64,000 nucleotides of DNA from an uncultured Spirochaetota bacterium (GTDB lineage Bacteria > Spirochaetota > Spirochaetia > SZUA-6 > CAVTHK01): the NCBI GenBank assembly GCA_963734495.1, contig CAVTHK010000008.1, forward strand, positions 25,808-89,807, given 5' to 3'. The translations under genes were made by a program, and so were the position numbers. The notes under the pieces are model-generated. The model did not search any database. It worked only from the letters and a program-made list of their open reading frames with translations, and was not told the DNA's origin. Shown piece after piece: positions 30,731 through 40,940 of the stretch (its first letter is position 1; each line of letters starts with the position of its first letter).

Positions 30731-31453
30731 ATGGGAGAACCGTTTGGGTTTGCGGCGCCGGGAAAGGTCTCGCTTCGCGTCTCGAGCCTCCGGGCGGGCG
30801 AAGAGAGCGAGCCGTCGCGCCGGAGCGCGGCGCTCGGCGAACGGCCCCTTGCGGCGCTCAAGCTGGGCCTGCTGGCTGCAGGCGCTGCGGCGATGCTCCT
30901 CGCGGCGGGGCACAGGCCGCCGCTGCTGCGTTCGGTGGCTTCGCCCGCAGCGGGAGTGGAGCTGCGCTACCCCGCGGGCTGGCACGCGGACTGGAGCGCC
31001 TCCTGCGCCGTCGCCGCCTGGGAGCAGCCGCCAGGGGCCGTCGCCAAAGGGTGCCGCGTCTTCCTTATGCGCCTCTCATGGCCGGCGTTCGAAGATCTCC
31101 ACTACCTCCTGCTGCACCGCGCGCCGCCCGCGGGATGGCGCGAGCAGAACAGCGGCATTCTCGCCGCCGCGGCGGCCTGTTTCGGAGCCGCCTCGCTCTG
31201 GGAGTGTCCGCCTGCCGAGCACGTCGCGCTCGGGGGACGGCCGGCCGAGATGCTGCTGTCGCGCTGCGGCGGCGACTGGACGGCTCTGGTCGTGGCTCCC
31301 GGCGAAGACCTGGTTCTCGCCGGCTTCAGCGCGCCGACGGCAAAGGACCTCAGGCGGGTCTGGAAGGCCTGGCTGGCCATGATCGCGGACGCGCGACTCG
31401 ACGGGCACCCGCCCCCGGCCGCCCGCGCGGTTGCGGCGGCGCCTACTCCTTGA
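30731..31453 (+). CDS. Hypothetical exported protein
   Basis: ORF fills the gap; hydrophobic segment then VELRYPAGW; no recognised family. Confidence 0.4.
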   Translation: MGEPFGFAAPGKVSLRVSSLRAGEESEPSRRSAALGERPLAALKLGLLAAGAAAMLLAAGHRPPLLRSVASPAAGVELRYPAGWHADWSASCAVAAWEQPPGAVAKGCRVFLMRLSWPAFEDLHYLLLHRAPPAGWREQNSGILAAAAACFGAASLWECPPAEHVALGGRPAEMLLSRCGGDWTALVVAPGEDLVLAGFSAPTAKDLRRVWKAWLAMIADARLDGHPPPAARAVAAAPTP

Positions 31454-31775
31454 GGACGAGGTAGACCGTCAGGCGCGCCCGCGCCCCGTCGCCTGCGACG
31501 GCGCCGTCGAGCCTCAGCCACCCGCCGAAGTGCGTGACCCTCACGAAGAAGCTTCCGACGCGGTCGATCCGGGGAAGGCACGTGTCGTCGTCCATCCATT
31601 CGATCCCGTCGACCGAGAGCTGCACCGTCGCGCGCAGCACCGGGGACCCTTCGATTTCGTGCACGCGGACCACGAACATCGCCTCGCTCGCCCAGCCGCA
31701 CTCGTACGGCTCGGTCCGGAAGCCTCCCGCGAACCAGCTCATCCGCTCCAGGACGACAGTCTGGAAGTTGCGCAT
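31443..31775 (-). CDS. Small all-beta hypothetical protein (possibly DUF6385-like)
   Basis: MRNFQTVVLER...TEPYECGWASEA...VQLSVDGIEW...FGGWLRL; family name from recall only. Confidence 0.7.
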   Translation of the reverse strand: MRNFQTVVLERMSWFAGGFRTEPYECGWASEAMFVVRVHEIEGSPVLRATVQLSVDGIEWMDDDTCLPRIDRVGSFFVRVTHFGGWLRLDGAVAGDGARARLTVYLVLKE

Positions 31776-31777
31776 GA

Positions 31778-32743
31778 TCACTCCCGGCCGCCGGCCACCG
31801 GACTGGACGACAACACGGCAGAGTCCACGAACAGGAACGCCCTGCGGTCGGTGTCGGATTCCACGAAGACGTTCGAGTTGAGCAGCGCGCGGATCCGCGG
31901 GTAAGGCTCCACCAGGGTCGGCCTGCAACCGCGGAGGTCGAAGACCCGATCCGCGCACCTCAGCTCCACGTACTCGCGCTTCGCCATGTCGATCAGGAGC
32001 GAGAAGTAGTGCCAGTTGAGCTTGTCGTTCGTCTCGTTCCAGCAGAGGTCCTGCCTGCCGTCCGGCACGTCCTCGAAGCCTTCGCCGCCGCCGTCTTCGG
32101 TGCGTTTCCCGTACAGGTGCGCGTCGATGCCGCGCTTGATGCTCGGGACGTGAGTCGCGTCCGCCGAGGCCGGGTCGCCGCCCACGGCGCTCTGGCCGGT
32201 CTCGCCCCAGTCCTCGTCCCTGCCCGGCTTCGCCCTGAAGTACTGCCAGCGATGCTGCAGCTTCCCGCCTGCCGAGTTCATGTGGCGGACGCCGATGAAG
32301 TAGCGTTTCTCCGCGTCCTGGATGTCCCACATGAACCCGAAAGCGCGCAAGTCGTTCTCGCCGATCCCCGGCCGGTCCTGCTCGACCTTGAGGCCGAAGA
32401 TCATCTCGAACTTCAGGAGCTCGCGGCGGACGAACGTGATCCGTTTGAGCGCCTGGGCCGTACTGCCCCTCGCCGGCAGCTCGGACGGCGGAGCGGCAAC
32501 CGGCCGCGTCGCGACCTTGAGGCAGTAGGTCCCGGAAAACGATCCGAACGTGCCGACGAGCGTAAAGGGGATCGAGCTGAGCATGGGGGGCCCGACCATC
32601 GTGAACCGCTGCTGGGCCGGGAAATACTCCAGCTCGTCCTGCTTGAGGTTGGGGGCGTAGGCTGTCCACCCGCACAAGCCGCTGTCGAAGTCGTCGTGGA
32701 AGATGAGGCGCGGCAGAGGCTCGTAGATCCCAATCGTCCCCAT
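31778..32743 (-). CDS. Hypothetical protein with jelly-roll-like pattern (possibly DUF6772-like)
   Basis: PLPRLIFHDDFDSGLCGW...NETNDKLNWHYF...FLFVDSAVLS; AGGAGG RBS. Confidence 0.75.
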   Translation of the reverse strand: MGTIGIYEPLPRLIFHDDFDSGLCGWTAYAPNLKQDELEYFPAQQRFTMVGPPMLSSIPFTLVGTFGSFSGTYCLKVATRPVAAPPSELPARGSTAQALKRITFVRRELLKFEMIFGLKVEQDRPGIGENDLRAFGFMWDIQDAEKRYFIGVRHMNSAGGKLQHRWQYFRAKPGRDEDWGETGQSAVGGDPASADATHVPSIKRGIDAHLYGKRTEDGGGEGFEDVPDGRQDLCWNETNDKLNWHYFSLLIDMAKREYVELRCADRVFDLRGCRPTLVEPYPRIRALLNSNVFVESDTDRRAFLFVDSAVLSSSPVAGGRE

Positions 32744-32914
32744 GCTTTTCCCTCCTGGCCCGCGCCCAAAGGTACAGAAAAAGCCTCGGCCGCGGGACTG
32801 GATCCCGTCGCCCCGGGTGGCCCCGCGTCCAGACTTGACAACGCGCCGGCTTGGTCTATGGTGAAGGCACGCAGCCGCCGCCGGCGGTGCGCAGACTTTC
32901 GAGGAGGTGGAAGG

Positions 32915-34200
32915 ATGCGAAACATGCGAGCAGCGATTCTCGTGACTCGTGCTCGTTCCGGGCATGTTCCTCTATGCCGGAGGGGGGACCGAGCCGAAGG
33001 CCGCGGCCGCAGGTCCTGTCAAGCTCACGTTCTGGGCCTGGGGCCCTCACGTCGAAGCGGTCAACAAGGAGATCGGCCCTGCGTTCAACAAGCTGCACCC
33101 CAACGTGACGGTCGAGGCCGTCTCGATGGGACCCTGGGACCTGATGGACAAGTTCTACACCTCGATCGTCACGGGCAAGGGGCTGCCCGACTCGGCCAAC
33201 CTCGTCCGCCGTGTCATCGCTAAGTACCTCATCCCCGAGCTTCTTTACGACTTTACGAGCTTCGTGCAGCCGAAGGCCAAGGACTTTCCGGCGGCCTTCA
33301 TCAAGGACGTGACCTCATCTGACGGGAAGATCCTCGCGATCCCCCCCGACTACGGCCCCGGAGTCGTGTACTACGACATTGCGCTGGCCAAGAAGCTCAA
33401 CGTCGACGTCACGAAGATCAAGACGTGGCAGGACTACTACGAGCTGACGAAACGCTTGAGCGCCAGCAACCCCGACGTCTACATGCACCCGATGTTCTAC
33501 CCCGGAGCCTCGTGGGGCTCGAACCAGTGGAAGCTCTTCGCCCAGGGCGCCGGCGGGAACATCTACGACGAGAAGGGCAAGGTCATCCGAGACAACAAGC
33601 TGCTCAGGGAAGTGACGCGAGTTCTACTACAAGCTGCACACGGACGTGAAGTGCGCAAAGGGGAAGGTCAACGACCCGGCGATTTACGACATCCTCCGCC
33701 AGGGCAAGCTGCTCTTCTGGCCCTCCAACTCCTACCGCGCGATGGAGATCGCGGCGCAGGACCCGTCGCTCAACCTCAAGCTCGGCACCTTCCCGTGGCC
33801 GCTCTGGAAGGAAAACGCCCCTGCCTACACCGGCAACTGGGGCGGCGTGGCCATCGTCGTGCCGAAGAAGGGGCCCAACGTCGACATCGCCGCGGAGTTC
33901 TCCGAGTTCTACGCGACCAACGAGACCGCGCTCACCGGCCTGTTCTTCTCGACGACGGGTGTCCCCACCTACGCGCCGGTGCAGAGCAAGATCCTGGCGA
34001 TGAAGGACCGCCAGGCCTTCGCGGTGGACCTGATCAAGAGCATCACGGCGCGCGAGGTGGCGCCGTGGACCTTCGTCGAGTGGTCTCAGACCGAGAAGAT
34101 CCTCGGCGACGGGCTGGACAACATGTTCGCGAACAACCAGGACCCCGCTCAGGCCTGGAACGGCATCGAAGCGCAGCTGATCAAGATCCTCGGCCTGTAG
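32915..34200 (+). CDS. Sugar ABC substrate-binding protein, frameshifts near 32945 and 33620
   Basis: Signal peptide, LTFWAW, FNKLHPNVTV, GLPD, NWGG across joined frames; TTGACA/TATGGT promoter 32835-32862. Confidence 0.85.
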
Positions 34201-34223
34201 AGCTCTGCGGAGCTCTCCTGAGC

Positions 34224-34259
34224 AGGCGGCGGAAGCGGGGACGGCCCGCTCCGCCGCCT
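34224..34259 (+). terminator. Intercistronic stem-loop after SBP gene
   Basis: AGGCGGCGGAAGCGGG...CCCGCTCCGCCGCCT followed by a short T run. Confidence 0.55.
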
Positions 34260-34278
34260 CTTTCCCCGGGGAGACGGC

Positions 34279-35145
34279 GTGTTCAACCGCAAGTACAGCC
34301 CCTACCTGTTCACGGCTCCGTTCGCGATCATGTTCCTCGCGTTCTGGGTCTGGCCCATCGTCCAGTCGCTCCTCTGGAGCCTGCTCGACTGGGACGGCAT
34401 CAGGAAGGCGAAGTTTGTCGGCCTGCGCAACTACTTCGCGCTGTTCCGCGAGACGGTCTTCCTGGTGTCGCTCCGCAATACCGTGGCCGCGGCCGTCGTC
34501 TACATCGCGCTCCTCGTGCTCCTCGCGCTCGTCATAGCCGTCGGGCTCAATTCGCAGATGCTCGCGGGCAGGACCGTGTTCCGATCCGCGTTCTTCATCC
34601 CCGTCACCGTCTCGCTGCCGGTCGTCGCGCTGATCTTCATGATCATCTACACACCGCACAACGGCATCCTCAACAAGATCTTCGGGCTCTTCGGGGCACG
34701 GCAGACGGACTGGCTCGGCAATCCTCACACGGCCCTCGGATCGATCGTGGCGCTCAGGCTCTGGCGGGCGGCTGGCTATTACTCCGTCTTCGTTCTGGCG
34801 GGGCTCCAGGCGATTCCCCGGGAGACGGTGGAGGCGAGCGTGATCGACGGCGCCTCTTCGCTCCAGAGCGGCTTGTTCGTCATCCTGCCGCAGCTCAAGC
34901 CCGTGCTCGTCTACGTCGCCATCGCGTCGTCCGTGTGGGCTTTTCAGCTCTTCGAGGAGCCGTGGATCCTGACGGAAGGCGGGCCCGCCAACGCGACGTC
35001 CACGGTCGGCATCCACATCTACACCAACGGTTTCAAGTTCTTCAAGCTCGGCTACGCATCCGCCAGCGCGTACCTGCTGGCCATGATCATCCTCGGATTC
35101 GCCCTGCTGCAGCTCGGCGCCGCGCGAGAGGGGCGCCAGACGTGA
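34279..35145 (+). CDS. Carbohydrate ABC permease (MalF-type)
   Basis: FVGLRNY; EASVIDGA; TEGGPANAT; LGYASA. Confidence 0.92.
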   Translation: MFNRKYSPYLFTAPFAIMFLAFWVWPIVQSLLWSLLDWDGIRKAKFVGLRNYFALFRETVFLVSLRNTVAAAVVYIALLVLLALVIAVGLNSQMLAGRTVFRSAFFIPVTVSLPVVALIFMIIYTPHNGILNKIFGLFGARQTDWLGNPHTALGSIVALRLWRAAGYYSVFVLAGLQAIPRETVEASVIDGASSLQSGLFVILPQLKPVLVYVAIASSVWAFQLFEEPWILTEGGPANATSTVGIHIYTNGFKFFKLGYASASAYLLAMIILGFALLQLGAAREGRQT

Positions 35146-35972
35146 CCCGGACCCGGCGGCTCGGCGCGCGCATCGGGCTGTTCCTGATCTTCGGGGCAGC
35201 GGCCCTCGTGATCATATTCCCCTTCTACTGGATGGCGGTCTCTTCGCTGCGCACCAACGGCCAGATCTTCAGCGCCGATTTCAATCTGATACCGAAGTCG
35301 ATCACCTGGAAGAACTACCACGACCTGTTCACGACGACGCTGTTCTTCCGCTGGGTTCTGAACTCCCTGATCGTCGCGGCATCCACGACGCTGCTCGGCG
35401 TGTTCTTCAGCACGTTCGCCGGCTTCGCGTTCGCGAAATACAGGTTCGCGGGCGCCGGCGTACTGTTCATGTCGATCTTCGTGATGGTCTCGGTCCCCCG
35501 TTTCGTCACCATCATCCCGATCTTCAAAGTCCTGTCCGACCTGTCGCTGACCAACACCTACGCCGCACTGATCCTGCCGTTTGCCGTCAACCCCTTTGCG
35601 GTCTTCCTGATGAGGCAGTACATCCGCAGCGTTCCCGACGACCTGCTGGACAGCGCCCGCATCGACGGCCTGAACGAGCTCGGGCTCGTGGCGAGGATCG
35701 TCGCGCCGACCATCCGGCCGGCCATCGGCGCGGCCGGGATCTTCATCCTGATGTCTTCGTGGAACGACTTCCTCTTTCCGCTCATCCTGATGGGGGACCC
35801 CGAGATGACGCTTTTCCCCGTCGGCCTGTCGTCGCTCAAGACGCTCTACGTGATCGAGTGGGGCATGATCATGGCAGGCTCGCTCCTCTCGACCCTGCCG
35901 CTGATCATCGCCTTCCTGTTCCTGCAGCGGCAGTTCGTCGCCGGGCTGACCGAAGGGTCGATCAAGGGATAG
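35142..35972 (+). CDS. Carbohydrate ABC permease (MalG-type)
   Basis: FPFYWM; DSARIDG; WNDFLFPL; QRQFVAGL..GSIKG. Confidence 0.92.
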   Translation: MTRTRRLGARIGLFLIFGAAALVIIFPFYWMAVSSLRTNGQIFSADFNLIPKSITWKNYHDLFTTTLFFRWVLNSLIVAASTTLLGVFFSTFAGFAFAKYRFAGAGVLFMSIFVMVSVPRFVTIIPIFKVLSDLSLTNTYAALILPFAVNPFAVFLMRQYIRSVPDDLLDSARIDGLNELGLVARIVAPTIRPAIGAAGIFILMSSWNDFLFPLILMGDPEMTLFPVGLSSLKTLYVIEWGMIMAGSLLSTLPLIIAFLFLQRQFVAGLTEGSIKG

Positions 35973-36103
35973 CGGACTTCGCTGCGACCTTCTTGATCGT
36001 TCCGCGGCACCGGGCCTGCCAGGCAGGTCGGTTCGTTCTGGAAAAAATTGAAAGTCCGTCGTGCGCGGGCTACCTGTATAGGATGACAGAAAAGGAGTCT
36101 CCA

Positions 36104-37192
36104 GTGAAGAAGCTCGTGCCTCTGGTCTCACTGGCACTGATCGTGTTCTGCGCCGCCGCATTCGCGGCTCCCCCGTACGTGGATGTGCCTGTGAACTCTT
36201 CGAAGCAGACCTCGACGGTCACCGGCTACGGTCTTCCTTCGTTCTTCGGCGCCGCCACCGACTACCACGCAGTCTTCAAGTTCTCGCCGCTGGCGCCCGG
36301 GAAGCGCTACGAGGTCACGCTGACCTACGACGCGGGCACGGACATCGGCTACGGCCACAGCTGGATAGACGGCGACCCGATGGGCAAGGACTACGCCTCG
36401 TTCGTGGGCATAGGGACGGGCACCGGGACACGCGAGCTGAAGGGCAAGGAGGACAAGTTTCTCTTTACCGTCGACCCGAAGAGCACCTCGAGCGTGCTGT
36501 ACCTGGTCGTGCGTTCCAACAAGCCGTGGAAGCTCGCCGCGACCCTGACGGACCGCGCGTCGGGCCTTACGCGCAACTCGCAGGACAAGTGGGGCTACTA
36601 CTACGTGAACGATTTCGACTTCGACCGGACCTCGCCATTCCTGCTCAAGCGCAGCGGCGCTCCCGCCGCGGCCGCCCCGCAGACCGCGGCATCGGGCTAC
36701 GTCGACGTCGCCAACGGCGATACGAAGAACGCCGCCACCGCGGCGGGCTTCTCCTGGATGCCGAACTACCTCGGCGGGCCCGAAGGCTTCTACGCCATCT
36801 TCCGGCTCGGGCCGCTCGGCCCGGGGAAACGCTACGAGGCGACGATGACCTTCGACGCGGGTACCGACATCGGCTACGGCCACAGCTGGGTCGACGGCGA
36901 CCCCAGGGGCAAGGACATCGCCTCTTTCGTCGGTATCGGCACGGGCACCGGCACCCGCGAGATGAAGGGCGCCGAGAAGAAGTTCCTGTTCACGGTGGAC
37001 CCGAAAAGCACCGCGGCTTTTCTCTACGTCGTGCTCCGGTCGAACAAGCCGTTCAACCTGTCGTTCGGCCTGACCGACCGGCTCTCCGGCGTCACGCCCA
37101 ACAGTCAGGACAAGTGGGGCTACTACTACGTGACCGATTTCGACGCGGACCGGAACGCCCCGTTCGTGCTGACGCGGGGCCCTGCCAGGTGA
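36104..37192 (+). CDS. Secreted protein made of two tandem copies of an unrecognised ~160-aa domain
   Basis: AAGGAG RBS, VKKLVPLVSLALIVFCAAAFA signal peptide; duplicated DAGTDIGYGHSW.DGDP.GKD.ASFVGIGTGTGTRE...QDKWGYYYV.DFD. Confidence 0.85.
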   Translation: MKKLVPLVSLALIVFCAAAFAAPPYVDVPVNSSKQTSTVTGYGLPSFFGAATDYHAVFKFSPLAPGKRYEVTLTYDAGTDIGYGHSWIDGDPMGKDYASFVGIGTGTGTRELKGKEDKFLFTVDPKSTSSVLYLVVRSNKPWKLAATLTDRASGLTRNSQDKWGYYYVNDFDFDRTSPFLLKRSGAPAAAAPQTAASGYVDVANGDTKNAATAAGFSWMPNYLGGPEGFYAIFRLGPLGPGKRYEATMTFDAGTDIGYGHSWVDGDPRGKDIASFVGIGTGTGTREMKGAEKKFLFTVDPKSTAAFLYVVLRSNKPFNLSFGLTDRLSGVTPNSQDKWGYYYVTDFDADRNAPFVLTRGPAR

Positions 37193-37422
37193 CGTCCTCC
37201 CCGGGAGCGCCCGTCCGCGACACGGGCATCAGCCCTGCCGCGCCGGGCGCCGCCCGAGGCATCCGAATGGCCGCCTGCCGAAAGGGACGCCTTGTTCGTC
37301 CAGGCCTTGGCCATCGACGGAGAGCTCCGGCAGAGCAGTCCAGCTCGCGTCGTCACCCCGGCGCCGCCGTCGGAGGCTCTCGCCTCTCTGTCCACGAGTT
37401 GCTTATCTTCTTCTGACCCTAT

Positions 37423-38679
37423 ATGTCCGAGACTCCTGACGCACGCGTGGGCCTTGCGGCAACGGCGGCCGTGACAACGTCGTCGACGGTCTTCCCCATC
37501 CTGATCGCCATCAGCCTGTCGCACCTCCTGAACGACACCCTGCAGTCTCTGATCCCGGCAGTCTACCCGCTGGTCAAGCAGTCCTTCGGGCTCACCTTTG
37601 CCCAGGTCGGCCTCATCACCTTCACCTTCCAGCTCACCGCCTCCCTCCTGCAGCCGGTGGTGGGCGCGCTGACGGATCGCAGACCGCAGCCGTTCTCCCT
37701 CGCCGTGGGGATGGGGTTCACGCTGACGGGTCTCGTGCTTCTCTCCTTCGCCCGCACGTACGAAGCTCTGCTGATCTCGGTCGGCCTCGTGGGGCTCGGC
37801 TCCTCCGTGTTTCATCCTGAGTCGTCCCGGGTCGCCTATATGGCCGCAGGCGGCCGCAGGGGCCTGGCGCAGTCGGTCTTCCAGGTCGGGGGCAACGCCG
37901 GCTCCTCGCTCGGGCCTCTGCTGGCCGCGGTGATCGTCGCGTCTCGCGGGACGGCTCACGTGATCTGGTTCGCTCCGCTCGCGGTCCTGGGCATCGTGAT
38001 CCTGTCCCGGGTCGGCCTCTGGTACCGGCGCAGGATCGGCGGCGTCGCGAGGGCCCTGCGCCCGGCGATGGGTCCCGCGGCCGGCTTGTCCCGATCGCGG
38101 GTCGCCGTATCGGTGGCGATTCTTCTCGTGTTGATCTTTTCCAAGTACTTCTACCTCGCGGGGATAACCAGCTACTACACGTTCTACCTGATTGACAAGT
38201 TCGGCCTGTCGGTCAGGGCATCCCAGATTCATCTCTTTCTGTTTCAGCTCGCAGTGGCCGCAGGGACCGTGATTGGAGGTCCTGTGGGCGACCGCGTCGG
38301 AAGGAAATACGTGATCTGGGGATCGATCCTCGGCGTCGCGCCTCTGACGCTCCTTCTGCCTCATGTCGGCTTGGCGGCCACGACCGCCCTGAGCCTGCCC
38401 ATCGGCATGATCCTGGCCTCGGCGTTCCCGTCCATCCTCGTCTACGCGCAGGAGCTTCTCCCGGGCAACCTGGGGCTCATCTCCGGCCTCTTCTTCGGCT
38501 TCGCGTTCGGAATGGCGGGGATCGGGTCCGCGGTGCTTGGCGCGATCGCCGACCACACCGGCATCCAGTACGTCTACCGCCTCACCGCATGGCTGCCGCT
38601 TCTCGGGGCGGTCGCCGCCTTCCTGCCGACCGTCGGCGGGAGAGGGAACGCGGCCCGGCGGTCGGCGCGCGCAGCCTGA
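37423..38679 (+). CDS. MFS transporter, Fsr (fosmidomycin resistance) family
   Basis: SHLLND.LQSLIPAVYP; SSVFHPESSRVA; AQSVFQVGGNAG; FSKYFY. Confidence 0.9.
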   Translation: MSETPDARVGLAATAAVTTSSTVFPILIAISLSHLLNDTLQSLIPAVYPLVKQSFGLTFAQVGLITFTFQLTASLLQPVVGALTDRRPQPFSLAVGMGFTLTGLVLLSFARTYEALLISVGLVGLGSSVFHPESSRVAYMAAGGRRGLAQSVFQVGGNAGSSLGPLLAAVIVASRGTAHVIWFAPLAVLGIVILSRVGLWYRRRIGGVARALRPAMGPAAGLSRSRVAVSVAILLVLIFSKYFYLAGITSYYTFYLIDKFGLSVRASQIHLFLFQLAVAAGTVIGGPVGDRVGRKYVIWGSILGVAPLTLLLPHVGLAATTALSLPIGMILASAFPSILVYAQELLPGNLGLISGLFFGFAFGMAGIGSAVLGAIADHTGIQYVYRLTAWLPLLGAVAAFLPTVGGRGNAARRSARAA

Positions 38680-38842
38680 GCCTGGCCTGTCGAGGCCGCA
38701 TGCAGACGGCCCGACAACGCGTCGAAAGCCGCGCGCGCGACCGAGCTTCTCTGACGATCTTCGATTATGCTTGACTCCTGAGGGACACGTGCTACCATGC
38801 GAGGGCTTGTGTTCGCCGCATGAAGGGTCGGATCCGGGGCCC

Positions 38843-38992
38843 ATGCGCGGAGATGTCGACAGCGTGCGCATCAGCCAGATCTCCGGTGTCTCGCGCGGCA
38901 TGGTGAGCAAGGCGACTTCTCCGACATCTCCGGAACAACCGCCTCCGGGCCAGTCACCGGGTTCCGGTACTGCCTGGCGTTGTCTGCGCTGA
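38843..38992 (+). pseudogene. Possible LacI-type HTH remnant
   Basis: RISQISGVSRGMVSKA resembles the LacI helix-turn-helix; preceded by TTGACT-N16-TACCAT promoter; stops after 49 aa. Confidence 0.35.
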
Positions 38993-39099
38993 ACACTCAT
39001 TCGCACGATCTGAGGAGGTGAACGGCACTGTGCGCTGCAGGAGACGGGCTTTGCCCGGCTCGAAGTCTCGCAGCTTTCGTGGAGGAAAGGGGTGACACT

Positions 39100-40764
39100 A
39101 TGAAACGGTTTCGCTTCGTGGCAATCATCGTCGCCGCGATGCTGGCGAGCCAGATCGCCGTTGCGACCGGGACGCAGGAAAAGCCGGGGACCGCCGCAGC
39201 CGCACCCGCCGGCAAGATCGACCCCCTGGGAAAGTACGAGCAGCCGCTCAAGGTTTCGTGGTCGATTCAGACCGCGGCGGCTTCGAAGCTCCTCGACAAG
39301 GACACCTGGGAGGACAACCGCTGGAGCCGCCTGATCAAGGAAAAGCTCAACATCGACCTCGTGGTCGCCTTTTCCGCCGACGCCAGCAGCCAGGCTTATC
39401 AGACCAAGCTGAACGCCGTCATCGCATCGGGCGACCTGCCGGACATCTTCAAGACGCAGCAGCCCGACGTGTTTCTGCAGCTGGCGGAGAACGGACAACT
39501 GGCCGATCTCACGGACGTCTACGCCAGGTACGCAACCGATTCGATCAAGGCATACCAGACCAGGTTCGCCGATGCGTACAAAGGCGCTTCGATAGGCGGC
39601 AAGCTATACGCGATACCGCGCATGAACGACAACTTCCACCAGGCGCCGTTCCTCTGGATCCGCGATGATTGGCTGAAGCGGACCAACTCTCAGCCTCCGA
39701 AGACCGTCGATGAGATGGTCGCTCTCGCAAGAAAGTTCGCCACCGGCGATCCGGACGGCAACGGCAAGAACGGCGACACCTACGGGCTCGCGCTCAACAG
39801 GGATCTCATCAGGCAGAACCACGCCAGCATTCTCGGCCTCGTTTCCGCGTTCGGGGTGCCGGGACGTGACCGCGACCTCTTCTACCGAGGCAAGGACGGC
39901 AGGATCACCTGGGCCTGGATCCAGCCAGGCATGAAGCCGGCGCTGTCTCTGCTGCGCGACATGTACAAGGAAGGCCTGATCAACAAGGAGTTCACAGCCA
40001 AGAACGAGTCGGCGCTGATCGAAGACTGGGTCAGCGCCAAGATCGGCATGGCGTACGGCAGCAACTGGGGCACGTGGTATCCCTACAACAACGTCTACAA
40101 GAAGGACGGAGTCATCACGCGGGCCTATCCCATCCCGACACAGCCCGGCACCGACTACAAGGTGGGCATCCAGAGCAATGCCGTCGGCCAGGTGACGATG
40201 GTCAGCAGGAAGTCCAGGAATCCCGAAGCGGCGATCAAGATCCTCAACTTGTACGATCAGACCGTCAACTACGGGGGCAAAGAGGCCTACCTCCGGTATT
40301 GGGCCGACGAGCAGTACAGGCTCTGCCCGGTGTACATCGACATTCCGAACGAGGTCTTCGAGAAGGAGGTGCTCGACGCTCTTGCCAAGGGAAGCGGCGA
40401 TGGCCTGCCATCATTTGCCAGGAGGTCATACGACTACGTGGTGGGCTTCGAGAATGGAACTCTGGCGAAGGACGACAATGCGTTTGGCACATGGGGCCAG
40501 ATGAACAAGAATGGCTCGCTCCAGATCGTCCTGAACAGGTACATGCCCGACAACGCGGTGGTGCAGAGCATCATGGGCATCAGACGGCCCGAGGTGTGGC
40601 TGACGAACGTTTCCCAGCTCGACACGCTCACGATAACGACGTTTACAGACATCATCATCGGCGCCAAGCCGGTCGACTATTTCGACACCTACGTGCAGCA
40701 GTGGCTCAAGGCGGGCGGCCAGCAGACGCTCGACGAGCTTGAAAAGCTGTATCCGGCGAAATAG
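39100..40764 (+). CDS. Carbohydrate ABC substrate-binding protein (LplA-like)
   Basis: Signal peptide; KLNAVIASGDLPD; LWIRDDWL; GDPDGNGK.DT; WLKAGG. Confidence 0.92.
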   Translation: MKRFRFVAIIVAAMLASQIAVATGTQEKPGTAAAAPAGKIDPLGKYEQPLKVSWSIQTAAASKLLDKDTWEDNRWSRLIKEKLNIDLVVAFSADASSQAYQTKLNAVIASGDLPDIFKTQQPDVFLQLAENGQLADLTDVYARYATDSIKAYQTRFADAYKGASIGGKLYAIPRMNDNFHQAPFLWIRDDWLKRTNSQPPKTVDEMVALARKFATGDPDGNGKNGDTYGLALNRDLIRQNHASILGLVSAFGVPGRDRDLFYRGKDGRITWAWIQPGMKPALSLLRDMYKEGLINKEFTAKNESALIEDWVSAKIGMAYGSNWGTWYPYNNVYKKDGVITRAYPIPTQPGTDYKVGIQSNAVGQVTMVSRKSRNPEAAIKILNLYDQTVNYGGKEAYLRYWADEQYRLCPVYIDIPNEVFEKEVLDALAKGSGDGLPSFARRSYDYVVGFENGTLAKDDNAFGTWGQMNKNGSLQIVLNRYMPDNAVVQSIMGIRRPEVWLTNVSQLDTLTITTFTDIIIGAKPVDYFDTYVQQWLKAGGQQTLDELEKLYPAK

Positions 40765-40779
40765 GCGTTTCGACGCGCA

Positions 40780-40809
40780 GGCCGCGGCGGGGTTTCTCCC
40801 GCCGCGGCC
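40780..40809 (+). terminator. Intercistronic stem-loop after SBP gene
   Basis: GGCCGCGGCGGG-gtttct-CCCGCCGCGGCC perfect 12-bp stem. Confidence 0.6.
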
Positions 40810-40940
40810 GTTCCAGGGCAAGGTCGCGCCGGTATGCGGCGAGCATTCTTTCGAGCTGCCTCGACGACCTCGGACCGTGCCGTGAGTGAGCCGGCGGACT
40901 CGGGTCCGCATCCGGCTCGCTCGCAGTTGCTGGAGAGCTG

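Noticed and set aside
32949-35972. 1007-aa SBP-permease fusion
   Set aside because: Frameshift near 33620 plus a stop-poor GC-rich frame; three separate genes explain the region.
37423-38679. Functional link between the Fsr-family exporter and missing dxr (fosmidomycin target)
   Set aside because: Fsr-family MFS proteins are widespread with broad substrates; nothing in the sequence links the two.
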